A stretch of DNA of 63,094 bases, counting the filler, from Pelomyxa schiedti (taxonomy: Eukaryota > Protista > Evosea), in NCBI GenBank assembly GCA_020536535.1. It is 15 parts of 15 records of this genome, joined end to end, with 100 filler letters (N's around TTAATTAATTAA, not from the genome) between each part and the next. Parts side by side here need not be neighbours in the genome. Positions count along the whole stretch, not along the records: positions 5,199 to 11,839 come from JAHLWZ010001404.1; positions 11,940 to 13,343 come from JAHLWZ010002534.1; positions 13,444 to 20,131 come from JAHLWZ010001401.1; positions 20,232 to 26,206 come from JAHLWZ010001459.1; 11 more parts are not named here. One strand, given 5' to 3'. The notes under the pieces are model-generated. The model made no database searches and had not been told where the DNA came from. It saw only the letters and a list, made by a program, of their open reading frames with translations. A program made the translations under genes and the position numbers. Numbering within the stretch: the first letter of the stretch is position 1; each line of letters starts with the position of its first letter. Positions 11,201-22,667 of this stretch are shown here, one piece after another.

Positions 11201-11839
11201 CTTCGATTTCCTGTGCCAATAACGCATCGATTTGGCAGGAAAAAAAAAATTGAATACCGATTGGAGCCTGGCACACTCGCCGAGGGTGGCACCAAGTTGT
11301 GTTCTTGGGTCGTTGCCACCGGGTCCTGCTGCCATTGCTTTGATGTAAAATTTTTTTTTGACAACAAACTACAAAAGGGTGATCAAAAAGCGTCACACTC
11401 ACCGTCATCCAACCAGGGCAAACCAAGCCAGATCTTTGTTTCATCAGAGAGAGACTTGGTCAGGTTTCCACCACGTATCTCGTCGAGGGTGATGCCGAAC
11501 CTGTGCATCGTGAACATGGCCACGGGCGGTGCTGCTGACACCACTCCCAGGAAGTGTGTGCGTATGAATGACGCGTCGATGGCGTCGCCGTAGTGGCCCA
11601 GTATCACCTGCCACCCTGCAAGGTCGATGTGGGAGTTTGGTGCCAACCAGCTGTCGAACATGCTCACAACCTGTGTTGTGGTTTTTTTGTTGGTGGTGGG
11701 TCTTTGGGTTATTGGGAGAGCACATACATCATCCAGGGGGATGTCAAAGGTGTCGAGAAGCCACTGTGCACAGCGGTTCCTGCTGACAGAGAAAAGCCTG
11801 AACAAGAGAGCATTGGAATCACTTTTGATGTGGTTGTAC
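8279..11839 (-). CDS. Multi-exon protein: lineage-specific repeat domain - coiled coil - Ser/Thr kinase - coiled coil - pseudokinase (5' truncated)
   Basis: Kinase 1: GTGASA, VMK, H(K)DIKEDN, DFG, MPPE. Kinase 2: HRDIKESS, GFG, MPPE. Canonical introns join them in frame via the mini-exon AHLDEDTRRFK (~9478-9510). Confidence 0.8.
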
Positions 11840-11939
11840 NNNNNNNNNNNNNNNNNNNNNNNNNNNNNNNNNNNNNNNNNNNNTTAATTAATTAANNNNN
11901 NNNNNNNNNNNNNNNNNNNNNNNNNNNNNNNNNNNNNNN

Positions 11940-13030
11940 ATGTATTTCCACAAACTGCCAAGGGTAAGGTATTATTACAGCATCAACAAACCTTCAGAGA
12001 AGCAGAATCAGAGCCACTTGATAAGGACATATCTTTAGAATATGTCCACTTCAGAGTGTGTGAACCGCGAGTTAGATTATATGCTACAGTAGTATACTCT
12101 AAAACAGTCCACTTCTGAAATGCCACACTTTGTTAGCTTCATAAAGGAGCATTTATGCAGGTGCCTTTGCGAGGGCGACTGTCCCATCAATGGAAAATTC
12201 AAGTCCATCATAAAGTGGTTCAGCATCAACTTTATACATGAACCCAACCAACCCACTGGTAATCAGCTTTGAAGGTCTTAGATATAAATTAAATTGTGAA
12301 AATGCCATACATTCACAGAAAGTTCCAAAATACTAGATTGAGAATTTCCAATGGCACCTGATGTGATATAGAGGGTGCTATTTGGTGCCAATTGCCACTT
12401 GCCGGTTGAAAGTGAGGTGCCCGTGCTTGTTACTGCGTATGTGTTGAAGTAAAGTCGATTTGACGAAGTGCCAGTGGTGGGAAACCCAACCCAATCCATG
12501 ACTCGTGTACCGCCACCCAAAGAGAAATACCCTGTTTTCATTGGTGTGAGATTGTTAATCTATGGAGTAAAGGGATAACCAGGATCACAAGGAGAACATG
12601 TCAGTGCACCGTATGGGAGATAGTATCCACTAGAGCAAGTGATATCTGCATTAAAAAAAAACCAAAACAAAACAAAAACAAAAAAAAAATTTGTGAGGTT
12701 CTGTAGCATTGTGGAATGATTTAAATGAGTACCGCAAGGTAAATTGAACACGTTGGCAGGCTGGGCAACGCCCCCCTCACAGTCAGAGGCCGGATTTTTG
12801 TAGTATAACAAATCGCGTGTGTTGTCGCCTCTGCATTCCGTATACGCCGCGACGTAGTCGTCAGATGTACACTCGTCGGCAAAACACGACAACGGTGCCA
12901 AGCACAACACCAACACCAAAGATCCCGTAAAAAGTGTCTTCAAGACACCTAGATTTGTTTGTCAAAACGGGAGAAAAAGAGACATAAGTGCGAATATCGA
13001 CGAACAGCAAGAACGCATACTTTGTTTCAT
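11940..13030 (-). CDS. ELAPOR/KIAA1324 (UPF0577)-like secreted/membrane protein, 3' truncated
   Basis: Signal peptide, CTSDDYVAAYTEC, CSSGYYL...CSPCDPGYFSLGGG..W, later GFMYKVDAEPLYDGLEFSIDG and HTLKWTYSKD. The ATG at 13030 splices into the ORF listed at 12943. Confidence 0.7.
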
Positions 13031-13754
13031 TCTTGGGTATTCGGACTTGGGTCTAATTGTGTTCACAGCACCGAGTTTTGTTTTTTTTTAATTGTGACAA
13101 TTGTTTCTGCTCTTTCGTTCGCCGTGAATTTTGCGAGATTGATGGATTTGATGTTGGTTGACGGCTCTAATTTATTTTCCTTTCTTCGTATTTTTGGGAT
13201 TCCATCGAATTTTGGGCACCTACGGAGCGACACTAGTGACAAAAGTGGACTTTAGGCCGATTTATGGGACAGGCGCAGCACCCCACCGTCACGTATCCCA
13301 TAATGCACCATCTCTTGGGAGTCAACGGCTAGGGTGGTGCCGTNNNNNNNNNNNNNNNNNNNNNNNNNNNNNNNNNNNNNNNNNNNNTTAATTAATTAAN
13401 NNNNNNNNNNNNNNNNNNNNNNNNNNNNNNNNNNNNNNNNNNNGTTGCGTCTCTCCTCCCAGATTCCAACTCGTAGTCAGAAACTGTCCCGAATCTTGTG
13501 CTGCAGGGCACCTGGGGTTTTCCGTTCCAACAACATTTTACAGCACCGACAAGAGTTGTCTGCGACGATCATTTTCGCAGACCATCAGATACCGGAACTT
13601 TTTTGCCGAAAACGAGTTCGAGAGTTTAAAATGTTGTTTTCCAACATGTGGCTCGGCATGCTGCGCGCGACGGAATCGGGTGACGCAACACAGAAAAAGG
13701 GTGAGAACACAAAGAGTGTCAACAACCACGCCGGGGGTTGTGGTACAAAAGGGT

Positions 13755-13841
13755 GATGTGATCCCAAGATGAACAACAACAACAACGTGCACCGGGCGTG
13801 CGTTGGTCTGTTCTCTCTCGTTGTTGAGTCCTGCCTCTCAA
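13755..13841 (+). repeat. 87-bp direct duplicate of 19062-19148
   Basis: gatgtgatcccaagatgaacaac...ctgcctctcaa present twice with 1 mismatch. Confidence 0.9.
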
Positions 13842-14122
13842 ACAGGTAGTATAAATTTAACAAAAAGAAACAACGGTTTATTTTTTAACAAGAGAACTCT
13901 GTTGTGTATCCTTCCATGCATCCAACCGAAAAAGGGAATCACGTGTCGAATTTCATTACCAAGTCCCGGCTGTTCATTTTCGAAACAAAACGCGGGCAAA
14001 GTTCACTGAACTTCCGTTAAACTTCATGGAAGGGAATTTTCCCACAACACGGTTCTTAAAGTTCACGCTGTTTCGAGAATAACTGTTGAATCATTCAACA
14101 GTAAAACACATCTCATCCTTTC

Positions 14123-15158
14123 ATGCCACGCCCGGCCATACTGTTGCTCTTCTGTTGTTATTTCTGTGGCTCTTGTTACGGTTTGTTTGTGTTTTGTTTG
14201 TTGTTTTTGTTGTGAGTTTGGTCAACCATGTTTTGTAGGTGCAGACTACTGCTCGTCCGCCACCACGGTCACGCTTCCATTCCATGCTTCAGGCCACTTA
14301 AGCCCCTCGGACCCAAAACCAACTCCATGTTACATACACGATGGGATGTCCGGTTTGTAGACCACATTCAAATCGAATTCTGAAATGTCTTGGTCCTAGG
14401 TGTCTACTACAAATTCACCACTCCTACTAAGGGAACGTTGACATTTAAACTTGAGGATCCTCTTCCCACTTATTCGTGGCTGGAATGGGAGACTGGTACC
14501 TGCCAATGTCTTGGTGATGTGAGCTTTTTGTTTTCGGCAATTTGATTCTCACTTTCACCACAGTCTCAGACCCTACTCACACTTGATGTTGAGAAAGGTG
14601 AAGACTACATTGCAATTGTTACTGAATCAGCCACTGGTCGCACTTTCGATTATGTGGTTGATATCTATGTTGTGGCCCCTCTTGAGTCCTCGTCATCAGA
14701 ATTATCTTCATCAGAATCCTCATCTCACTCATCATCTTCCAATTCCCTATCTTCCTCGGAATCATCATCTCTGTCATCTTCCGATTCGCTATCTTCCTCA
14801 GAATCATCGTCACTGTCCTCATCCAATTCCCTCTCTTCCTCAGAATCATCGTCTCTGTCATCATCCAATTCACTATCTTCCTCGAAATCATCGTCTCTGT
14901 CGTCATCCAATTCCCTCTCTTCCTCAGAATCCTCGTCTTACTCCTCATCTGATTCCCTCTCGTCCTCAGAGTCCTCCTCCTCTCTCCCGCCATCTTTTTG
15001 TACCATCAGGTGTGCGGCCGGGTTGTGTGGATAATGAGGGAACAGAGATAATGAGGGAATGTGGTCTTCCATATGAAAAATACAAAGCGCTTTGGTGTGG
15101 GTCGGCTGTAAAAGAGCCGACCCACAGCCATGAACCATCTTTCTTCTCTTTCTCTTGA
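14123..15158 (+). pseudogene. Secreted Cys-containing protein with Ser-rich tandem-repeat stalk, disrupted
   Basis: MPRPAILLLFCC signal peptide, intron, ADYCSSATTVTLP; in-frame TAG at 14358; frame change near 15020. Confidence 0.5.
14692..14980 (+). repeat. 42-bp coding tandem repeat, ~6-7 copies of SSSESSSLSSS(N/D)SL
   Basis: Visible periodicity in the DNA and in ORF 14654-15034. Confidence 0.9.
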
Positions 15159-15750
15159 ACGTCATGTGGTTTCGGAACAAAACATATTTTCATTGCATAC
15201 GTCAGGCCACATCATGTTGAGGAGTTAGGAGTTAGTGAGGCGGAAGTAAAGCCTGACATTGCACTCTGTTTGTCAGCCCTTCTGGCATCCAAGGGTCCTG
15301 TTGTTGTTGAGCGGGGTGATAATAATAAGGGAATGTACCTTGGTAATGGCCGGCCTAAATAATATCTTGAGCCTGGAGAAAAAGACAAAAAAAAAAAAAA
15401 AGAAGCCACCTACCAGAAGGAGGTCACAAAGTGCCGGAAATGCAGGAAAGGGCAGAGACAGGGGCAGTCATCACATTTACCTGTCATGGTTTAGTGGGGG
15501 TGATCATACAGAGAGAGTGGTATTTACCTTGGTGATGACAGGCTTTCATCGCAGCAGCCGGCAAGTTGCTACACCTAAAATCGAAAAAAGAAAAACAGAG
15601 AAGATACCTGCGAATCAAAAAAGAAAAAAAGGAGGAGTCACAGGTTGAATGCGGAAAAAGATCTGGGAGGAGGTGAGGCAATACTGGGAGACAATGAAGG
15701 CGAAAACCTGATGAAGAAAAGCGGAGCGGAGTTCCATGAATAATTCACAT

Positions 15751-16321
15751 TTATTTAATCGACGGAGTTGTCAGGGCGTGGGCTGTGTGAATCAATAAAG
15801 AAAAAATTGTCAAATGACCACCCCTGGCCTCCAGATATGCAATACAAGGTATGATAGCCCTGAAGCGGTCAGTTCCAGCAGCATCTATCTCTGTCCCTCT
15901 GTGAGTGTTACTGTATGTCTGAACAATTCCTTCAGGTGGTGTCAAACCAGGGGGTGTCCCACAATTCCACTTATCATCAAACATTTCCTTTGCTCTTGCA
16001 AGTGGTCAATTTTATTGGTAACATTTAAAACACTCTCACTGGTATTTGTCATTAATGGTTTCAAGATGCAATTCTTGTTACTCACTCACAGGGAACAAAG
16101 ATCCTGAAGTAAAAGGGGTAAACACCAAACGGGAAATGGTGCACACACCAAGCATCAGTGAGGTCCGTTCCACTTTTGTACAAGTAGAACGCAGCTGTTG
16201 ATCGGAACAAGGACTTGAGAGTGGCACCCTTGTTGGTTGAGGAACTTATTATGGTCTCCGGGATGAACTGCGCCCAAAGAATGTCAGACGATGAAAGAGT
16301 TCTGAAATCTCGGCACACCTG
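15751..16321 (-). CDS. F-box-like protein fragment
   Basis: After a CAG acceptor: VCRDFRTLSSSDILWAQF, the C-terminal half of an F-box. No clear first exon. Confidence 0.4.
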
Positions 16322-16414
16322 TGCGAAATGTGAATTATTCAGGGAACTGACAGTTTGTGCGCGGTGCGGAATGAAGACCGTAAAGGCGGAATTGGGTGCG
16401 GAACTGATTATTAA

Positions 16415-16962
16415 TTAAAGGAGGCAAGCAGGATCAGTCCTCAGATCACGTTTTGTCCCCACAATTATGAATGGGGTTTTTGGGCAGTGGAGAAATCTGA
16501 CATAACTTCATTTAGGTGGTATGTTATCTCAGNNNNNNNNNNNNNNNNNNNNNNNNNNNNNNNNNNNNNNNNNNNNNNNNNNNNNNNNNNNNNNNNNNNN
16601 NNNNNNNNNNNNNNNNNNNNNNNNNNNNNNNNTAATTAAAGGAGGCAAGCAGGATCAGTCCTCAGATCACGTTTTGTCCCCACAATTATGAATGGGGTTT
16701 TTGGGCAGTGGAGAAATCTGACATAACTTCATTTAGGTGGTATGTTATCTCAGATTAAAAGCACCCCTTACTGGCAGTTCAGCACCTTTTTTCTTCGTGA
16801 GTACACAGTGAGAGTACACATTAAAACTGCTCACTCACCATTGGTACTAGTCCATCGGCCCGATGTGTACCTGATCAACAAACATGTCTGTCAAATCAAA
16901 CCCCCAATGGTTTAATGTTACAAGTGTCAATATTTCTTGAACACACTTTTCCTGCGCCGCCC
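16415..16962 (-). pseudogene. Rho/Rac GTPase relic
   Basis: GGAGK|TCLLIRYTSGRW (P-loop region) and HCPKTPFIIVGTKRDLRTD (G4 region); switch regions are missing. Spans a 100-N gap whose flanks are duplicated. Confidence 0.6.
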
Positions 16963-17172
16963 ACACACCGAACTTAGTGTTGGGGGATTTGACAAAAACT
17001 AACCCTTAATCTACCGCTAGCTGCCCATTCCGGATACCCACTGGGCATCGTTTGCACCCTACTTTCAAGGCTCCTCGGAGTGAATTGGAAAGGCCTCCGC
17101 CGGATCTGAGTGAGTCCTGTTATGAGAACGATCAGGACGTTTTACGTGTGATTACAAACAACACCGATCGCG

Positions 17173-19460
17173 ATGACAACACAACTGCCACGGGATCAGC
17201 AGCAGTACGAGGCCATGATTGATGCGTGCTCTCAGGGTGGCACCATGCCCGAGCTGCCGTCGCCCACGTGGGACATCAACACCCCCATCTACGATGGTGA
17301 TGGTTGGACCATGCTTCACATTGCGTGCCGCTACGCGCACGAGTTGGTTGTTGGGCAGCTCCTTGGTGTGGGTGCGTCGCGCAACCCCCCAATCGACCCA
17401 AACAAAACCAACAGCGATGGTGAGACGCCACTGTGTATTGCTGCGTGGCAGGGCAAGGAGGCAGCGGCGAGGATGTTGGTGGCGAGACCCGATGTGGATG
17501 TGAACAAGGGGTGCCCACTGGTAATCGCATGTTGGTATCACCGCATTGGTGCGGTGGTGGCGTTGCTTGAGTGCCCACGTGTGGACGTAAACTTGGCGGT
17601 GCAAACATCAATCTTTTTAGACCAGTCTCTTAATGGTCAAACAGCACTACACATGGCTTGTGAGGAGAATTTCTTTGAAGGGGTTGAGGTTCTCCTCAAA
17701 GTCAATGGGATCGACACAAACTGCAAGAACAGCAAAGGTGAAACACCACTTGATGTGGCAACAAGAAATAACTTCACCGATATCTGCAACCTCTTGATGG
17801 ATCACAACGCAAGGATTATACAATTCCCAAAGCCCACCTTCTCACCGCAACCGCAACCGCAACCAACGCAGCCACAACCACAAACACCAAAGGCCCCAGC
17901 CACAACCACCATGACATAATGACCACCAGCAATATTGCGTCCAAAGCTCTTGAAGAAAGCATCATCAGGGGCAACAACGTTGGGAAACAAGGAAGAAAGC
18001 AGGAAATCACTGGAAAACAGCATCAGCAGAGTGGTAACCCAACCCTTTCAAATACTGAATACTTAACTTTGACTGTGCAAGCACCTCACTCACACACACA
18101 TTGTGATGTTCAAAAGAAGAAATCAGAGAACTGAATGCACGAATCACACAATTGGAGGATGCAAACGCAACGAACCTGAAGCTTCTCCATGAATCAACTG
18201 CAAAGAACAAGGGTTTTACATTCCTTTCTTCCCTGAAAAATTCGCCCTTCTTCTCACCACACCCACCTTTTTCCTCCCCAAAAGAGCTGCTGGAAATGAT
18301 ATCCACACTGGAGGAAGAAAGTGCCAAGAACCTGAAGATTTTTTGCGACGAAAGAGCATCTGATCAACAAAGATTTAATGATCTCCAACACTGTGTGTGC
18401 CTCACAACACCCCCCTTTTTTTTCCTAACGGTCCATGAAGACACGAATCACGTGATGTCACATGTTGAACAAGGAGAAGGCGGAACGTGGTGCAACATTA
18501 TCCCTGAAAACAAAAACAACAACAACAAGAACTGCAAGCAATCGCAAATCAGGATTGTGTTTGAGGACCTTGCCCCTTTTGATGAAATTGTGTGTGCCTC
18601 CTGTCCTCTTCAGATGGTGCGTTCCTTCCCCACCACCCCGATTCCTCAGTGCACATTGCTGAAAAACATACCAACATAGGTTGTGAAAATCATCATCTCA
18701 AGGAAATATGGAGTTGAATCGACACAACAACTCATTTTCATTGTCGGTTCAGATAGTCACCCAGCAGACGAACTGTGGACTGACCCATTCAGAACCTTGG
18801 AAGAAATTCAACAACAACAACAAGGCACCATCCCGGAGGTCACACTTCCCAAGTCCACCGACAAAATCAGCGAGTTTATGAGGCTCCAGAAGTCATCGCT
18901 GTCATCCCCTGAAATTGCCGGTTCGTTGTTCACCATCAAACATATAGAACTCACTTTCTCACACAACACAAACACAGAAGTGGACCGGCTTTGTGATGAC
19001 GTCGGGGACATTCCCGTTGCGGAGTGCCTCAGCCGTAGGATCGCAATCATTTCCGCGTTGCGATGTGATCCCAAGATGAACAACAACAACAACGTGCACC
19101 GGGCGTGCGTTGGTCTGTTCTCTCTCGTTGTCGAGTCCTGCCTCTCAATCCTCGGTTCGTTTTTCTTTCCTCCCCGTTCATCCTTTCTCACTCGACACAG
19201 AAACCCACCGGCCGTCGTTCCCGGCGATCGAGAAAATCATTCTGACATGTGCGGAGCTCATATTCGCAACCGGTTCAGGTTGTCCCACAATCACAAGCAC
19301 ACGGAACGTCACCGCGGCGGCCACCACGGCACCCTCCACAACAGGCACAGGCCACAACAACGACGTGGCGGGGCACATTGCTGCGTGCCTCGCGGGAATG
19401 ATGGTTGCATCTTTCCCTGCTTCCCCCTCATTATCATCGCCATCATTGCGCTCCTGACAC
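17173..19460 (+). CDS. Ankyrin-repeat protein with PQ linker, coiled coil and helical C-terminal region (multi-exon, possibly disrupted after 17919)
   Basis: GWTMLHIAC, GETPLCIAA, GQTALHMAC, GETPLDVA ankyrin motifs; downstream exon structure is uncertain. Confidence 0.65.
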
Positions 19461-20289
19461 ACTCAAGGACAAACAAATTTAAAAACAACAACAGTGTTCT
19501 TCAAAAGAACAAAAAGATTTTTTTTAACAAGGGAACATGTTGGGTGTGTTTGAAACTGTATGGTTGTGGATCAACAGGATTATGTGTAGCCTTGACCTTT
19601 CTTGTTGCCGGAACCAGTTGGGTGTGTATCCTTCCACGCATCCCACCGTCGTGCCTGATTGTTCATTTGTTGTTTGGTGTTTTATTATTTGTTATTATTA
19701 TTAGCGGGATATATTTGGGAATACCTTGTTCACAGCCTCGGCATCATCATCTCCGGCATCTTCATCTCTTTCTGTTTCTTCTGTTCGGGTTGTGGTGTCC
19801 CTGAGAGAATTTGTATGTGAATGTCTTGCGGTGGTGCACATAGATGGCATTAGTTTATACTCACGCTTGTCTGACGATGTAATGACACGCAGAACAACTG
19901 CAATTAAAGTTCAAAAGCTTGCTCCGGAGTCATTGTCGGCAACGCATATCCGGGCTGTGTGTTCAATTACTTCCACGGAAAGAGTTTTGGTTGTATTCAT
20001 AAATATATAAATATATACCTGAAAAACTCTCGATTGCACCTGCAATCGGCTTGCAGAGGCAACGGGGAGGATCGTTATTGGTTGTTGTGGTGGTGGCGGT
20101 GGACGAGGAGGTGCGGTGGGCATTCTTCCGGNNNNNNNNNNNNNNNNNNNNNNNNNNNNNNNNNNNNNNNNNNNNTTAATTAATTAANNNNNNNNNNNNN
20201 NNNNNNNNNNNNNNNNNNNNNNNNNNNNNNNTGTGTGTGTGTGTTCGCATGGTTAGAGGGGGAGAACAGGAGAAGATACGACAAGAGCA

Positions 20290-22652
20290 ACAAACACACC
20301 TCAGAGCACACGACAACGTGACCACAGGGCTGGAAACGAACGTTGGGTTCCCCACATGAGGCACATTACCAACCTGTCGTGGCTGTTTACGTTGTTGTTG
20401 GCTGATGATGATGACGACGTTGCTGCGGTGCATCCTGGAAGTGTTGCTTCTGCTGTGACTGGTGTTTGTTGTCTCTGAGGGTTGAAAGAAGAAGTGGCCT
20501 TGGCGGCAACAAGGAGGTCAACAACGGCCTGTTGAGCTTGAGGGAGCAACTGAGAGAGCTGAGACCACACACAAGGCAACGAAATGAACTGCTAGTCACC
20601 CTCCAGCCCTCGCATCAGCACCCACTTGGTTTTGTGTTCCCTCACCAGCTCTGAACATGACACTTGCATCTCCTCGATTTGCTTGTGGAGGTTGTGACCA
20701 AGTGTGATCTGTTCAGAGAGCTCCTTTGACAGAGTGGTGTGTTGGTTTGCAAGCTTGGTGCACTCCTCAAATCTGCACCCTTGAAGTTGAGTGAGGGTGT
20801 CTGTGAGTTGTGCCAGAGAATGGAAAGGTTCCACTCGTGGGGTGGTCTTGGAATTACCAGAGAGAATGTATTCCGGAGTTGGTTTCAACAAGTTTTCAGT
20901 TCCTATTTCAGCAAATTAGTGGTTCGTATTGAAGAAGAAGGGTCACATTGCCTTCAGGTGGTGGTGACGGTTCAAAGACCATTCCATCAACTGGTTTGAT
21001 TCCCAACATCTTCTTTGTCAACTCTGAGATGTTCCTTGAGCACTGTTGAATCTCTGCCTCACTGTTTTGAGCTGTCAGTGTCTGCCCAAGAACCTTCTGG
21101 CACGTGTTGCAAGTTTCGTCAAGTTGCTTTCCCAGTGTGTCCTTCAACACAGAAAGGTCCCTCAGGTGTGATGTCAGCCCCTCGTTGTGCTGTGTGGCTC
21201 CTTGGAGGTTCTTGGTTATTTCGTTGAGTGACTCCTCAATCAAGACAAACTCAGGTGCTGATTCTTTCAACTGGGTTCTGAACTGTGTGGCCAGTTTGAA
21301 TGCTTCCATCAGTTCAGGCAGCACTGGTTCTGTGGTGATAATTGAGGTACTTTTGTTGCCACTGTTGTTGCCTGAACTCTCCTTCAGAGGAAGAAGTCGT
21401 GCTTCATCTTCATATTTTTGGAGTTGCTTCTGGTTTTGAGCCTGGAGTTGTTGGATATTTTGTCCCAGGTCTTCAATTTTCTGGTTCAGGTGGTTGAGTT
21501 GTTCAAGGTGCTGCCTTTTGATACTTTCATCTTCTTTCTGTGTGGTTCAATGGAAATAAAAATAAAACAAGTGAGAAGGAGAATGATGACCCAGTCACAC
21601 ACCTCCCACTGATTTTTGGCAGCCTTCATTTCCTTCATGTGCTCAGTTTTTAGTGCCTCAATCATCTCAAACGGTGGTGAGCCCATCTTGTATTGCTGCG
21701 GCACAAATGTTCCACATTCATTACAATTCCTTTGCTGGAACATATTGTTATTTTTGAGGAGTCCTCTCAACTGCACCATGTTGTGCCAGGGCAGTGTTGC
21801 AACACCCTCCCCTCGCAGCTCCAAACCACTACCTCCGTGCGCGAAGGTGCCTTCAAACATGTCACCATTTGCCCACCTCCTTGTTCCCTTCTTTGGGACA
21901 CCCATCTCCCACAGCCCCGTGAACGATGAACAGTCACATGCCAACATCTTTGTTCCTTCACCGTTCTCCTTGCCACACACCCACTGGCCCTCGTACCTGT
22001 CACCGTTTGCCCACAGCCTCACGCCCCGACCATGGAACATGTCATCCTTCCACTCCCCAACGTAGGTACCTCCAGTACCATACAGCATGCTCCCATTCCC
22101 GCTCTTCTTGCCGTGGTCGAACACGCCATGGTAGATGTCACCCAAGCCCTCAAGTGACCTCCACGTGCCGCGCCCGTGCCACTGATCGCTGTCCCACTCG
22201 CCCTCATACACCGTCTCCATTGCGTCACCATCCCCGCCCACTTTCCGCCTCTGCACACCCCACCCTTGCATGACAGACCCCCGCTGCGCGTTGTGAAACG
22301 CCCACTCGCCGTCCTTCACGTCGACCTTGTTACTGTTGCGCAGCCTGCCCTTCGCCCGCCTACCGTCCCTCCACAGGCCCTCGAACCGCGCCCCCTCGGC
22401 GTAGTGATACACGCCCCAGCCGTCCCTCTTGCCGTTGTGCCACTCGCCCTCGTAGGTGCCGCCGCTGGGCCACTTGTGCACCCCTCGGCCGTGCTTCACG
22501 TCGCACCTCCACTCGCCGTCGTAGGCTTCGCCGTTTGTCGACGTGGAGGTGCCGCTGCCGTCGCGTTGGTTGTTTACGAGGCGCCCAGTGTACGTTGCGT
22601 TGCTTGGCAACGTTTCAGCCACGACCATCTCTACACACGATGCAGCCGACAT
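20290..22652 (-). CDS. MORN-repeat - coiled coil - RING protein with premature TAG (20592) and frameshifted RING
   Basis: Multiple YEGEWxxGxxHGxG MORN repeats. LEGD*QFISLPCVWSQLSQLLPQAQQ matches the paralog at 33173-33622. RING remnant EPNVRFQPCGHVVVCSE is in another frame. Confidence 0.8.
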
Positions 22653-22667
22653 TTTTTTATCGCATTA

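Noticed and set aside
14619-14993. Antisense and alternative-frame ORFs over low-complexity regions (also 30395-31108, 35497-36102, 45317-46171, 49978-50401, 53973-54399)
   Set aside because: Shadow ORFs produced by stop-poor Ser, Gln, Thr and Lys repeats.
16413-16753. ~120-bp direct repeat around a 100-N gap
   Set aside because: Unmerged contig overlap.
14358-20594. In-frame TAG codons (14358, 20592) as evidence of stop-codon reassignment
   Set aside because: Expected residues differ (probably W versus D/E), each is one substitution from TAG, both genes have other lesions, and intact genes end in TAG (41280, 43828, 50429).
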